Of a DNA stretch of 64,000 nucleotides, positions 27,856 to 39,200 are shown piece by piece; position 1 is the stretch's first letter; the number at the start of each line of letters is the position of its first letter. Made by a program: the position numbers and the translations under genes. The DNA is from an uncultured Acidobacteriota bacterium (GTDB lineage Bacteria; Acidobacteriota; Thermoanaerobaculia; Multivoradales; UBA5704), in NCBI GenBank assembly GCA_963770895.1, contig CAVYRF010000002.1, forward strand, positions 4,128,001 through 4,192,000, given 5' to 3'. Under the pieces are notes generated by a model, which was given only the letters and a program-made list of their open reading frames with translations, did not search any database and had not been told where the DNA came from.

Positions 27856-28935
27856 ATGGAAGACTTTGTGAAGGCCCTGGTCAAGCTCTACGAGCTTATT
27901 AGTGATAGCGCTGTTTCGACGCTACTGGCAATGACCGGCTTCTTGGTATTCGTGGTGGCGATCCTCCTGCTGCACCACCAGTCGAAGGCCAGGCCAGAGG
28001 AGGTCGCCAGGTGGCATCGGCCGTTGTTGCTCTCTTCCCTCGCGATCGCCCTGCTGCTGTCGATCGCGGCGCCGTCGCTGCGCATGCTGGAGATTTCGCG
28101 GAGCCGTGCCGAGCCCACACGCTACGCGTCCACCCGGTCGGCGATTCTTGGAGACCTCTATGCCAACAAGAAGGTCTATTGGTTGGTGCGCTTGATCCCT
28201 TACACCCCCGCCAGTCGAGACTTCCTCAACATCAGCAAGATCAAGAATCTGGGGCGATGTGACCCGGATACCTGTGGCGGCACCTGCAAGCAGCAGTATG
28301 TTTTTGTCGCCGACTACGCTGAGCTGCGCGGGCTCACGGCGGAGCAGGCAGTCCTGAAGGTAGGCGGATCGATGGACGAGGTCATCGGAGTATCGGCAGT
28401 ATTTTTCCCCCTTCACAACCATGACCTTTTTCCTGCCACCGCGCGCGGGCTTCTGCAGCTGGTGGAACGGGTCGACAATGTCTGCAAGGGGACCGCGAAC
28501 TATGTCAACTTCCCCATGACCCTGCTGCCAGCCGAAGTCACAGACCTCGAAATCAAGAAGATCCCTAGTTACAACTGGGACCAGTCCAAACGTTATTACC
28601 AGCACTACTGTCAGATTGCCCAAAAATTTCGCTGCGCCGGCGACGACAAGAAATCCTACTCGGCGCTAGAGCATATCGGCAGCTTGTCGAGTGACTGGCA
28701 CCCTTTGGGTTTCTCGCGCACAAAGCCAGACTATGACCCTTGTGACATGCGGGACATTCCGTGTTCGATCTCCAGCTGGGGGCCGCGCAACCCGCCGGTG
28801 GAGGATGTCGGCGCACGTGTTTTCCTGATCCAGAACTTCAGCCTTGATCAACTGAGCGGCAGGATATTGATTGATTTCAATAATCCGAGCCGCCAGTTGA
28901 TGCCGGAGATCGACGAGCGGCTCGATACCCTGTAG
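27856..28935 (+). CDS. Hypothetical membrane-anchored Cys-rich protein (lower GC)
   Basis: GGAG RBS; 359-aa ORF with two N-terminal hydrophobic helices; atypical codon usage. Confidence 0.75.
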   Translation: MEDFVKALVKLYELISDSAVSTLLAMTGFLVFVVAILLLHHQSKARPEEVARWHRPLLLSSLAIALLLSIAAPSLRMLEISRSRAEPTRYASTRSAILGDLYANKKVYWLVRLIPYTPASRDFLNISKIKNLGRCDPDTCGGTCKQQYVFVADYAELRGLTAEQAVLKVGGSMDEVIGVSAVFFPLHNHDLFPATARGLLQLVERVDNVCKGTANYVNFPMTLLPAEVTDLEIKKIPSYNWDQSKRYYQHYCQIAQKFRCAGDDKKSYSALEHIGSLSSDWHPLGFSRTKPDYDPCDMRDIPCSISSWGPRNPPVEDVGARVFLIQNFSLDQLSGRILIDFNNPSRQLMPEIDERLDTL

Positions 28936-29031
28936 TGCCGTCTACTGGCTTGAAAGCGTTGCCGGCCACCTGCGCCAAGAGCCGCCTGATTCGTATCTGC
29001 AGTCCGATTGAGTGAAAGGGGCACTTGTGCC

Positions 29032-29298
29032 ATGGCGACCCTAACGATTCGCTTGCCCGATGAGAAGCACGAGAAGCTGCGCCAGCTTGCAATTCGCCGC
29101 AAGATCAGCATCAACAAGCTGATGGAAGAGCTGTCGACCATTGCCCTGACCGACTTCGACGCGGAAACCCGGTTTCGTGCTCGCGCCGCGCTCGGATCGC
29201 CGCGAGAAGGGTTACGGATGCTGGAGCCCCTTGCCGATGAGCCTACGGCCGATCCAGTGCCGAGCAAGGGAAGGACGGCGCGGCGCCGGACGCCTTGA
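29032..29298 (+). CDS. Ribbon-helix-helix antitoxin-like protein (HicB-like family)
   Basis: MATLTIRLPDEKHEKLRQLA..ISINKLMEELSTIAL..FDAETRFRARA..G. Confidence 0.8.
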   Translation: MATLTIRLPDEKHEKLRQLAIRRKISINKLMEELSTIALTDFDAETRFRARAALGSPREGLRMLEPLADEPTADPVPSKGRTARRRTP

Positions 29299-29329
29299 GG
29301 CTCTCCCTCAACGAAGCGGGGCGGGCTTG

Positions 29330-29460
29330 ATGGTCGCCTCGAACAGAGCCGCCATGGTGCCGCGGCGGTCGCTCCTCCGGCTGCTTTCCACCTGGGAGCC
29401 TCTCGACGAGAGCCTGCCGGCGATCGACGAGCTTGGGCCGGTCGAGGATGTGGAGCTCGG
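29330..29460 (+). pseudogene. Possible C-terminal remnant of a VapB-like antitoxin
   Basis: PRRSLLRLLSTWEPLDESLPAIDELGPVEDVEL resembles AbrB/VapB antitoxin tails; no proper N-terminus. Confidence 0.4.
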
Positions 29461-29835
29461 TGGTGGGATAACAAACGTGGCTGTTGCGCGTATCCCTGGT
29501 TCGGGGGTATAAGGCTGGTGCGGGGCGAAAGGGGGGCGTAACAGGATGGTGACATTGGGTGGGCGCCCGGCACAAAGCGGTAAACCGGTGTATAGTTCTC
29601 CGGCGAACGAGATTCAGGCTTGGCGGGTCGAGCGCGCGAACCGTACGCGGCTGACTGGTTGGGCCTGATCCGAACGAGCTGTTGCGCCGCAGCTGTCGCG
29701 TACACCGCGACAACCATCGCGATCCTTCGTTGGCTGACCGCGTCTCTGGCGAGGCTGCGGCTTGTGCGCTCCGATCGATGCGAGCCCTGTGCGCGCGCCG
29801 GCTTTCCGTCGTTCGCCGCTACCATGGAGCCTTAC

Positions 29836-31086
29836 ATGCACTTCTTGCGATTTCCGGTTTCACGCCGCCCGCTGCCGGTCCGAGCGCTGGCGCTGTGTGG
29901 GTTGTCGATGCTGGCGCTGCTGGCCGCTGCGTGCGGCGGTGGCGCACCCGGTGGCGCCGGCGCGGCGGGCGGCCCCGGCGGGGCGCCGCAGGCGCTGCCG
30001 GTGCCGATCACCACGGTGACCGATACCGATCTGCGCGACGCGAGCGAATACGTGGCGACGCTCAAGTCGCGCCACACCTCCGCGGTCCAGCCGCAGGTCG
30101 AAGGCGTGCTGACGCGGATCTTCGTCAAGTCGGGCGACCGCGTGGCCGCCGGCGCGCCGCTGATGCAGATCGATCCTGAAAAGCAGCGCGCCACGGTGCG
30201 CAGCCAGGAGGCTTCGCGCGAGCTCAAGGCGGCGGCGCTCAACTACGCCCGCCAGCAGAAGGAGCGCATGGAGACGCTGTACAAGGGCGGCGCCGCCAGC
30301 AAGCAGCAGCTGGACGAAGCGCAGTCGGGGCTGGACCAGGCGCAGGCCGACTACAACTCCCTGGGGGCGCAGGTGCGCGAACAGGAGGTGCAGCTGGGCT
30401 ACTTCAAGGTGGTGGCGCCGAGCGCCGGCGTGATCGGCGACATCCCGGTGCGCACCGGCGACCGCGTGACGACGGCGACGCTGCTGACCACGATCGACCA
30501 GAACGACGCTCTGGAAGCCTACATCTCGGTGCCGATCGAGCGCGCCAAAGACCTGCGGCTGGGCCTGCCGGTGCAGATCCTGGGCGACAAGGGCGAGGAG
30601 CTGGCGGCGACGCAGGTCTACTTCATCGCGCCGCAGGTGGACGATCAGACCCAGCAGGTGCTGGTCAAGGCGCCGGTGCCGAACGGCAAGAACGGCCTGC
30701 GCGCCGACCAGTTCGTGCGGGCGCGGGTGGTGTGGGCCAACCACCGCGGCCCGGTGGTGCCGGTACTGGCGGTGACGCGGGTCAACGGCCAGTACTTCAT
30801 TTTCGCCGCCGAACCGGGCGGCCCCAACGGCGCCATGGTGGCGCGGCAGAAGCCGGTCAAGCTGGGCGACGTGGTGGGCGACGACTACGTGGTGCAGTCC
30901 GGCCTTGCGGCCGGCGACAAGATCGTCTCTTCCGGAGTGCAGAAGCTGTTCGAAGGGATGCCGATCGTCGCCATGCCGGCGCAGCCCCCGGCTGCGGCCG
31001 CTCCGGCCTCTCCCGGCGCCGCCCCGGCCGCGCCGGGCTCCGGAGGGTCCGGTTCCGGCTCCTCTCCCCAGGCGCCGGGCGCCTGA
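29836..31086 (+). CDS. RND efflux periplasmic adaptor (MFP)
   Basis: Lipobox LAAAC; PQVEG..I.VKSGDRV; helical hairpin; G.VVGDDYVVQSGL. Confidence 0.95.
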   Translation: MHFLRFPVSRRPLPVRALALCGLSMLALLAAACGGGAPGGAGAAGGPGGAPQALPVPITTVTDTDLRDASEYVATLKSRHTSAVQPQVEGVLTRIFVKSGDRVAAGAPLMQIDPEKQRATVRSQEASRELKAAALNYARQQKERMETLYKGGAASKQQLDEAQSGLDQAQADYNSLGAQVREQEVQLGYFKVVAPSAGVIGDIPVRTGDRVTTATLLTTIDQNDALEAYISVPIERAKDLRLGLPVQILGDKGEELAATQVYFIAPQVDDQTQQVLVKAPVPNGKNGLRADQFVRARVVWANHRGPVVPVLAVTRVNGQYFIFAAEPGGPNGAMVARQKPVKLGDVVGDDYVVQSGLAAGDKIVSSGVQKLFEGMPIVAMPAQPPAAAAPASPGAAPAAPGSGGSGSGSSPQAPGA

Positions 31087-31110
31087 GATCGCCGAGCGGA
31101 GAGCAAAGCC

Positions 31111-34100
31111 ATGGCTGACTTCTTTCTACGGAGACCCGTCTTCGCGACGGTCTGCGCGCTGCTCATCATCCTTGCCGGCGCGGTGAGCATCCCGACGCTG
31201 CCGATCGCGCAATATCCGACGCTGGCGCCGCCGCAGATCCAGGTGACCAGCGTCTACACCGGCGCCAACGCCCAGACCGTCGAATCCGCCGTCACCCTGC
31301 CGCTCGAACAGCAGATCAACGGCGCCGAGGGGATGCGCTACCTCACCTCGACCAGCGGCAACGACGGTACCAGCATCATCACCGCCGTCTTCGACATCAA
31401 CCGCAGCATCGACCTGGCGGCGGTGGACGTCGAAAACCGCGTGTCGATCGCGTCGGGACGCTTGCCGAACGAAGTCAAGACGACCGGCGTCACGATCAGC
31501 AAGACCTCCAGCGCCATCGTGCTGGTGGTCGGCGTCTACTCGGAGCACGGCGAATACGACGCCCTGTTCATGAGCAACTACGTCGACGTGTACCTCAAGG
31601 ACGCGCTCAAGCGCATCAAGGGCGTCTCCGACGTGCAGATCTTTGCCGAGCGCAAGTATGCGATGCGCGTCTGGCTGGATCCGGTGCTGCTGGCCAGCCG
31701 CAAGGTGACCGCCTCGGACGTCACCGCGGCGCTGCGCGAACAAAACGTCGAGGTGGCGGCGGGCGCGGTGGGACTGCCGCCGGCGCCCCAGGGACAGCAG
31801 TTCCAGATCAGCGTGCGCGCCGTCGGCCGCCTGTCGGAGCCGGCCGAGTTCGGCAACATCATCGTCAAGGCGCAGCCCGACGGGACGCTGGTCAAGCTCA
31901 AGGACGTCGGCCGCGTCGACCTGGGATCGGAGTCCTACTCCAGCAACCTCACCTTCAACGGCCTGCCTTCGGTCGGCTTCGCCGTGTTCCAGCTGCCGAG
32001 CGCCAACGCCCTGGACGTCGACAAGGCGGTCAAGACGGAGCTGCTGCGGCTGTCGAAGCGCTTCCCGCCGGGCCTCAAGGCGCTGGTGGCCTTTGACACC
32101 ACGACGGTGGTGGGCGAATCGATCCGCGAAGTCCTCATCACGCTGCTCGAAGCGATCCTCTTCGTCATCGCGGTCATCTTCCTGTTCCTGCAGGACTGGC
32201 GGACGACGCTCATCCCCGCGGTGACCATCCCGGTGTCGCTCATCGGCACCTTCGCCTTCATCAAGCTGCTGGGCTTTTCGATCAATACGCTCACCCTGTT
32301 CGGCCTCACCCTGGCCACCGGCCTGGTGGTCGACGACGCGATCGTGGTGATCGAGAACATCCAGCGCCACATCAAAGAGAGCGCCGGCATGACGGTGCTG
32401 CAGGCGGCGTCGATCGCCATGCGCGAGATCACCGGCGCGGTCGTCGCGACGTCGCTGGTGCTGGTGTCGGTGTTCGTGCCGGTGGCGTTCTTCCCCGGCA
32501 CCACGGGCCTGCTATACAAGCAGTTCTCGCTGACGATCGCGTGCTCGGTGGCGATCTCAGCCTTCAACGCGCTCACCCTGACGCCGGCGCTGGCGGCGTT
32601 GTGGCTGCGCCGCGAAGAGGAGGAGCACGGCGGCCTGTTCCGGGTCTTCAACCGCGGCATCGCGCGGCTCAACTCCGGCTACCACAGCCTGCTCAGCCTG
32701 TTCGTGCGCGTGCGCTGGGTGGTGGTGGTGGTCTTCCTGTGCGGCCTGGCCCTCACCTTCCTGGTGTTCAAGCGCGTGCCCAGCGCCTTCGTGCCCGACG
32801 AAGACCAGGGATATGTGATCATCATCATTCAGGCGCCGCCGGGAGCGTCGCTGGAATACACCACCGACATCGCCAACCGCGCCGGGGTGGTGCTTGCCCA
32901 CACTCCCGAGATCGATCGCGTCTTCGCCGTCACCGGTTTCAGCTTCAGCGGCAGCGCGCCCAACGTCGGCCTGATGTTTGCCAGCCTCAAGCCGCTCGCC
33001 GAGCGGCGGGGCGCCGAGCACTCGGCGCAGGCGGTGACCGGCAGGCTGTTCGGACCGCTGTTCGGCGGTATCCCCGGCGCCCTGGTGATCCCGGTCCTGC
33101 CGCCGGCGATCCAGGGCTTGAGCACCTTCGGCGGCTTCCAGTTCGAAGTCCTGGACCAGAGCGGCTCGACGGTGCAGGCGCTGGCCGCGGCGACGCAGGA
33201 CCTGCTGGCCAAGGGCAACGCCGATCCGCACCTGCACGGTCTCTATTCCAGCTACACCGCCAACGACCCGCAGCTGCTGGTGACGATCGACCGCGAAAAG
33301 GCCAAGAGCCTCGGCGTTCAGCTGGGCCAGATCACCGACACGCTGCAGGTGTTCCTGGGTTCCGAATACATCAACGACTTTGACTTCAACAACCGGTCGT
33401 ACCGCGTCTACGCCCAGGCGGCCAGCCGCTTCCGCGCGCGCGGCGACGACATCAAGCAGTACTACGTGCGCTCCGACCGCGGCGCCATGGTGGCGCTCGA
33501 CAACCTGGTGCAGATCACCGAAACCACCGGGCCGCAGGTCATCAGTCATTACAACCTGTTCCGCTCCGCCGAGATCACCGGTTCGCCGGCGCCGGGCGCC
33601 AGCTCGGGCCAGGCGATCCAGGCCATGCAGCAGGTCGCCGGCAAGGTCCTGCCGCAGGGCTTCGGCTTCACCTGGTCCGGCCTGTCGCTGGAGGAGATCC
33701 AATCCGGCGGCCAGTCGATCCTGCTGTTCGCCCTGGGCCTGCTGGTGGTGTACCTGACGCTGGCGGCGCAATACGAAAGCTTCACCCTGCCGTTCATCAT
33801 CCTGCTCGCCGTGCCGCTGGCGATCCTGGGCGCGCTGTCGGCGGCGGCGTTGCGCGGGCTGCAGAACGACATCTACGTGCAGATCGGCCTGGTGATGCTG
33901 ATCGGTCTGGCAGCCAAAAACTCGATCCTGATCGTGGAGTTCGCCGAGCAGCTGCGCGAGCAGGGACACACCATCGTCGAGGCCGCCATCGAGGCGGCGC
34001 GCATCCGGCTGCGGCCCATCCTGATGACTTCGTTCGCCTTCATCCTGGGTGTGCTGCCGCTCGTCTTCGCGACCGGCGCCGGCCAGGAAGGGCGCCACTC

Positions 34101-34281
34101 GGTCGGCACCGCCGTGTTCGGCGGCATGCTGGTCTCAACCGTGCTCAACCTGGGCGTGATCCCGGTCCTTTATGTGATCATCCGTGCCATCTTCCCCGGG
34201 GGCGGGCGCCATGCGGTTCCGGCCACGCCGGCGCCGGCCGGACACCCGGCGGACCCCGCGACCCCCGAAAGGCTTGTGTGA
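31111..34281 (+). CDS. RND efflux permease (AcrB/HAE1 family)
   Basis: FFLRRPVFA, GLVVDDAIVVIEN, LAAKNSILIVEFA, RLRPILMTS. Confidence 0.97.
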   Translation: MADFFLRRPVFATVCALLIILAGAVSIPTLPIAQYPTLAPPQIQVTSVYTGANAQTVESAVTLPLEQQINGAEGMRYLTSTSGNDGTSIITAVFDINRSIDLAAVDVENRVSIASGRLPNEVKTTGVTISKTSSAIVLVVGVYSEHGEYDALFMSNYVDVYLKDALKRIKGVSDVQIFAERKYAMRVWLDPVLLASRKVTASDVTAALREQNVEVAAGAVGLPPAPQGQQFQISVRAVGRLSEPAEFGNIIVKAQPDGTLVKLKDVGRVDLGSESYSSNLTFNGLPSVGFAVFQLPSANALDVDKAVKTELLRLSKRFPPGLKALVAFDTTTVVGESIREVLITLLEAILFVIAVIFLFLQDWRTTLIPAVTIPVSLIGTFAFIKLLGFSINTLTLFGLTLATGLVVDDAIVVIENIQRHIKESAGMTVLQAASIAMREITGAVVATSLVLVSVFVPVAFFPGTTGLLYKQFSLTIACSVAISAFNALTLTPALAALWLRREEEEHGGLFRVFNRGIARLNSGYHSLLSLFVRVRWVVVVVFLCGLALTFLVFKRVPSAFVPDEDQGYVIIIIQAPPGASLEYTTDIANRAGVVLAHTPEIDRVFAVTGFSFSGSAPNVGLMFASLKPLAERRGAEHSAQAVTGRLFGPLFGGIPGALVIPVLPPAIQGLSTFGGFQFEVLDQSGSTVQALAAATQDLLAKGNADPHLHGLYSSYTANDPQLLVTIDREKAKSLGVQLGQITDTLQVFLGSEYINDFDFNNRSYRVYAQAASRFRARGDDIKQYYVRSDRGAMVALDNLVQITETTGPQVISHYNLFRSAEITGSPAPGASSGQAIQAMQQVAGKVLPQGFGFTWSGLSLEEIQSGGQSILLFALGLLVVYLTLAAQYESFTLPFIILLAVPLAILGALSAAALRGLQNDIYVQIGLVMLIGLAAKNSILIVEFAEQLREQGHTIVEAAIEAARIRLRPILMTSFAFILGVLPLVFATGAGQEGRHSVGTAVFGGMLVSTVLNLGVIPVLYVIIRAIFPGGGRHAVPATPAPAGHPADPATPERLV

Positions 34282-34288
34282 GGTAGCC

Positions 34289-35818
34289 ATGCATCCCACA
34301 CCGTTCCGCAATTCCCGATCGTTGCCATTGCCAACGCTGTCCGCGATAGCGTTGTTGTTGATGGGGCTGGGCGCCGGCGCGCGCGCCGGCGTGGCGCAGA
34401 CGACCTCCCCAGGCCCCGGCGCCCCAGGCGCGGGCGCTGCCGCCCCGGCAGACCCGGCGATGAACCCACCGGCACCTCCGGCCACCCCGGCAACCCCGGT
34501 GGTGCCGGCAACCGCTACGACGCCGACCGCGCCGGCCAACACCGCCCCTGCCGCCAGCGACACCGAGGGCACGGTCACCGCCCCGGCGACCGCGGCAACC
34601 GCGGTCGCCGTCGTGGCCGACGCCGAGCGCATCACCTTCCAGCAAGCCGTGGACCGTGCGCTGGCCGCCAACACCACAGTGCTGGAGGCCGTGGCGGAGG
34701 TGCTGCGCGCCGAAGCGCTGATCGGCGAGACGCGCGCCACCTCGCTGCCGAGCCTCAACGCCACCGCCGCCTACACCCGCTACCAATACAACAGCACATT
34801 CGGGGCGCTGGTGATCCAGCCGTTCGGCGTCAAGACGGAGACGGCCACCCTGTCGGCGCCCCTGGTCAACTTCACCAACTGGGGCAACTGGGCGCACGCC
34901 ATCGACAACCGCACCATCGCCCAGCTCTCCGTCGCCGACGCCAAGCGGCGCGTGGCGCAGGGGGCGGCCAACGCCTATCTGACGGTGATCGCCCGCCACC
35001 GCGTGCTGGACGCCAATCGCCTGGCGCTGGACACCGCCAAGGCCCACCTGGACGTGTCGCACCAGCGCCAGGTCGCCGGCGCGGCCAGCCGCCTCGAAGA
35101 GGTGCAGGCAGCGCAGGACGTATCCAACGACGAGGTGTTGGTGGAACAGTCGGCGCTCGACCTGCGCCGCGCCCAGGAAGCGCTGGGCGTGTTGGTCCAG
35201 GGCGACCGACCGTTCGATTCCGCCGACGAGCCCACCTTCGGCGACCTGGGACCGGTTGCCGACGCACTCAACGGCGTCGACGACCGGCGCGCCGACGTCA
35301 AGGTCCTGGCCATGCGCCAGGCCGCGGCGGAGCACGTGCTGCGTGACAGCTGGCGCGATTGGGTGCCGACCCTGGGCCTGAACTTCGAAGAGACTCTGCA
35401 GCAGCCCGGTACCGTCTTCCTGCTGCCGCACGAATGGCAGGCCGAGCTGCTGCTCACCATCCCGATCTTCGAAGGCGGCCTGCGCATCGCTCAAAAGCGC
35501 GAGCGCTCGGCCTTGGTGCAGGAGGCCCAGGACAACCTGGCCGGCGGCCGCGTCCAGGCGCGCTCCGACGTGCGCATCGCCAATGACGCCATCCGCCTTG
35601 CCGACCAGGGCCTGATCAGCGCCCGCCACGCCGCCCGCCAGGCCCACGACGCCCTGGACATCACCAACCTCAGCTACAACGCCGGCGCCTCCACCAGTCT
35701 GGACGTCCTGGACGCCCAGCGCCGCGCCCGCGACGCCGACACCTCCGTCGCCACCGCCGAAGACGCCGCCCGCCAGGCCCGCCTCGACTTCCTGGTCGGC
35801 AGCGGCCGCTTCCCTTAG
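34289..35818 (+). CDS. TolC-family outer membrane factor
   Basis: Signal peptide, Pro/Ala linker, two OEP repeats (LPSLN.., WVPTLG.., YNAGASTSLDVLDAQ). Confidence 0.92.
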   Translation: MHPTPFRNSRSLPLPTLSAIALLLMGLGAGARAGVAQTTSPGPGAPGAGAAAPADPAMNPPAPPATPATPVVPATATTPTAPANTAPAASDTEGTVTAPATAATAVAVVADAERITFQQAVDRALAANTTVLEAVAEVLRAEALIGETRATSLPSLNATAAYTRYQYNSTFGALVIQPFGVKTETATLSAPLVNFTNWGNWAHAIDNRTIAQLSVADAKRRVAQGAANAYLTVIARHRVLDANRLALDTAKAHLDVSHQRQVAGAASRLEEVQAAQDVSNDEVLVEQSALDLRRAQEALGVLVQGDRPFDSADEPTFGDLGPVADALNGVDDRRADVKVLAMRQAAAEHVLRDSWRDWVPTLGLNFEETLQQPGTVFLLPHEWQAELLLTIPIFEGGLRIAQKRERSALVQEAQDNLAGGRVQARSDVRIANDAIRLADQGLISARHAARQAHDALDITNLSYNAGASTSLDVLDAQRRARDADTSVATAEDAARQARLDFLVGSGRFP

Positions 35819-36234
35819 CCGCTGGTCACGTCCGCTGGCGACGTCGCGCGTTCTGGCCCGCACGCCCGTCGCCAGCCGTTTCCCCCCAACCCTTAGCCGT
35901 CATTCTGCCGCCCGCGCCGCGCCGGCCTCCGGTTCCTGAACCCGGAGCCGGTGGGCGCGGCGCGGCTGCCACCCTCTCCGCCGCAGGCCGTCGGCCACCG
36001 GCCTGGGCTGGGCAACCCCTGCGATCCAAGCGCGGATACGTCGAACCGAAACGGGCCGATGCGCCACGGCGGGGCGAGAAGCCGTGCCGCAAGTCCGTCT
36101 AGAAAGGCGACATGGGCGCGCAACGGCACGACCCGGACACACACCAGGAGACGCGGCGGAGGGGGTTTGCTATGCTTGTCAATAGAAGCAATTTTGCAAG
36201 CGAGACCGCAGGCTCATGGCCTTGGGGAGCTGAG

Positions 36235-39200
36235 GTGACACGTCGCGGCCGGTTCTGGTTGCGGGCGCTGCCCGTCGCGGCGCTGGCGCTGGCCGTGGCG
36301 CCGCTGCCGGCGCCCGAGCTGGCGGCGGGGGACGTGCACTACCGGTCGCCCTTCGCCGCGGCATTTGAATCGCTGCCCTGCAGCGACGGGCGCCTGCGCG
36401 GCTTCGATCCCTGCGGACCCGCGGAGGAAGCGACGCCCAGTGCCGAGGCTTCCCAGGCAGCGGCGGCCATCGAGCGGCGGCAGCACGCCAACGCCACGCC
36501 GGCCAACGATGCCCTGCTGGCGACGGTGCGCCTGGTGGATAACAAGGTGTTCGAGGCGGTGACGCTGCTGGAGATCGCCGTCGCCGACACGCCGGACAGC
36601 CAGGCGGCCGACAAGGCGGCATTCCTCAACGATCTGGCGGTTGCCTACCTGGCCCGCGCCACGGCGGCGAATTCGCCGCACGACCTGGCCCGCGCGTTGG
36701 ACGCCGCCAGCCAGGCGGGCGAGCTGTCGCCGGACCTGCCCGAGCCGTGCTTCAACCGTGCGGTCGCGCTCACGCGCCTGAGCTTGACCGAGCAGGCGGC
36801 GGCAGCATGGAAGAGCTGCGCCGCCGGCGAGCACGACGCGGATTGGCGACGCGAGATCGAGCGCCGCGAGAGCGCCCTGGCGGCACCGCCGACGGCGGCG
36901 GCCGCAGCGGAGGCGCAGGGACCGGGCGGCGTCGCGCCGGCGAGCGAAGACGATCCCAAGGCGAAGCGGGAGCAAGCGGTGGAAGGGATGCTGCCCGCAT
37001 GGGGCGCCGCCTTCATCGCGGGCCGTGCCAGGGATGCCGCGACCATCGCGGACGCTGGAGCGCGCAAGGGCAGAGAGCTGCTGGTTGCGAACGGCGACCC
37101 GACGGTTGCCGAAGTCTTCGCGCCCATCACCGGTGGTGGCAGCGTGGCAGGGCCGCCAGCGCGCCTGGCGGCCCTGGCAGCGGGGGCGAAGTTGTATGCG
37201 CAGGCACGCCAGGACCTGAACAAGTATCGGATCGCCGAAAGCTTGCAGGAGTTCGAGCAGGCGCGGGACCGGTTTATCCGCGCCGCCAGCCCGCTGGCGG
37301 GCTGGGCCGAGCTGGGTTCGATCTCGTGCGAGTTCTACCACGATCATTTTGACCAGAGCCTGGCGCGGTTGGGCGCCTTGCAGAGCACCCTCGACGAGGC
37401 GCGGTATCCGGTGCTGGCCGCCTATGTGCACTGGGTGCGCGGCATGGTGCATGCCCGGCTGGGCGACCTGCGGTCGGCACAGGGTGATTTCGAGCAGACG
37501 ACCAAGCTGTTCGACCGGTCGCACGAACGGGAGAACCAGGGCGCCGGCTACCAGCTGGTGGGCGAGATGGATCACCTGCTGGGTGACGAAGACAAGGCCT
37601 GGCGCGAGCGGCAGCAGAGCATGTACCTGCTGCGGGATACGCCGCTGTCGCGCCGCCGCCTGATGCTGCTGCGCGAGGCCGGCGAGTCGCTGCTGGCGGA
37701 GAGCCGCGGCCACGCCGCGATGGTCTTTCTGGACGAAGCGGTGAGGATTGCGGGGACACCGCGTGACCGCGCCGAAGCGCTGATGTGGCGTGTACGTGCC
37801 GCCAACCAGATCGGTCGCGCCGAAAGCGCCCGGATCGACCTCCAGGACGGGTTCCTGGCGGCGGCCGAAACCGACGACGTCAACCTGCGCGACCGGGTGG
37901 TCGCGGAGCTGAACGTCGCCGAGGCTGACCTGAAGAGCCGCACCGCTCCGCAGGCTGCGCTGGCGCTGCTCGATCAGGCGCAAGAGACGTACAAGCAGAA
38001 CGGCCACGTGCTGCCGCGCGCCGCGGTCTACCTGCTCCGCGCCCGGATCGAGGGTCAGCTGCGCCAGGTCGACCGGCAGCTGGCGGACCTGGCCGCGGGC
38101 GTGGAGCTGTTCGAAAGCCAGTGGCGCTCGCTCGACGACGAGCAGAAGCGGGTCACCTTCCTGGGCACCGCCTTGGATCTCTACGACCAGGCGATCGGCG
38201 TCAATGCCCAGCTTGGCGACGACGCGGCGGCGCTGGACCTGGCGGAACGCTCGCGCGCCTTTTGGAGCGGCGCGCCGGGAGCGGTGGACCCGTCCTGGCT
38301 GCGGGCGCTGGCGGCGGCGCCGTCCGCGGCGGGCGGCGGTTGCAGCGCGGCGGCGCCGCCTGGTCTGCCGGCCGGCGTCACGATCGTCGAATACGCGGTG
38401 GAACGCGACGGGCTGCTGATCTGGCTGCTGACCTGCCGCGGTCTGCGCTTGCAGACCTTCGCGGCCGACGAAGGCCGGGTGAACGCGGTGGCCAGCCGCC
38501 TGCGGGACGCGGCGCGTTTCGGCTCGGCTGCCACCGAGTTCACCGCCGCGGCCGAGGCTGCCTATGGGGTGCTGGTGCAGCCCATCGCCGGGGATCTGCC
38601 GGCAGGAGAGCAGCTGGTCTTCGTGCCGGACAAGGTGCTGTACGGCGTCCCCTTTGCAGCGCTGCGCGACCCCGGCAGCCGGCAGTACCTCATGCAGGGT
38701 CACGACGTCAGTATCGCGCCCAGCGCCACGTTCTTCGTCAGCGCCGCGCGGCCGGCGGCGGCGCGGCGGGCGACGGACGACCAGGACGCGCTGCTGGTCA
38801 GCCCGCAGCCCGTCGACCTCAAGGCGACGACGGGCGAGATCGACGACCTGCGCAACCTGTATCCGCACGCCGTCGTGCTGACCGGCGAAGATGCCGGCCA
38901 CGACCAGGTGCTGCAGGAGCTGGACAGCCATCCGGTGTTGCACTACGCCGGCCACGCAGAGGTGAACCCGACCAATCCGTTCGCCTCGAAGCTGCCGCTT
39001 GGCGGCGGCGCCAGCGATGCAATCCGCATGGGGGACCTGGCCGGGCCGGCCTTTGCGCACCTGGACCTGATCGTGCTGTCGGCCTGCAGCACGGTCGTTG
39101 CGGCGCCCACCCGCACGGGCGGTTTCCTGGGCCTGGCGCGGCCGTTCCTCAGCCGAGGGGCGCGCGCCGTCGTGGGCACACTCTGGGACGTGGACGACGC

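Noticed and set aside
29575-29600. TetR-type operator before the RND operon (AAACCGGTGTATAGTT)
   Set aside because: Symmetry is too weak and no regulator gene is adjacent; TATAGT may simply be a -10 element.
35820-36160. Riboswitch or ncRNA upstream of the CHAT gene
   Set aside because: GC-rich hairpins exist, but I could not match any known riboswitch core; needs an Rfam search.
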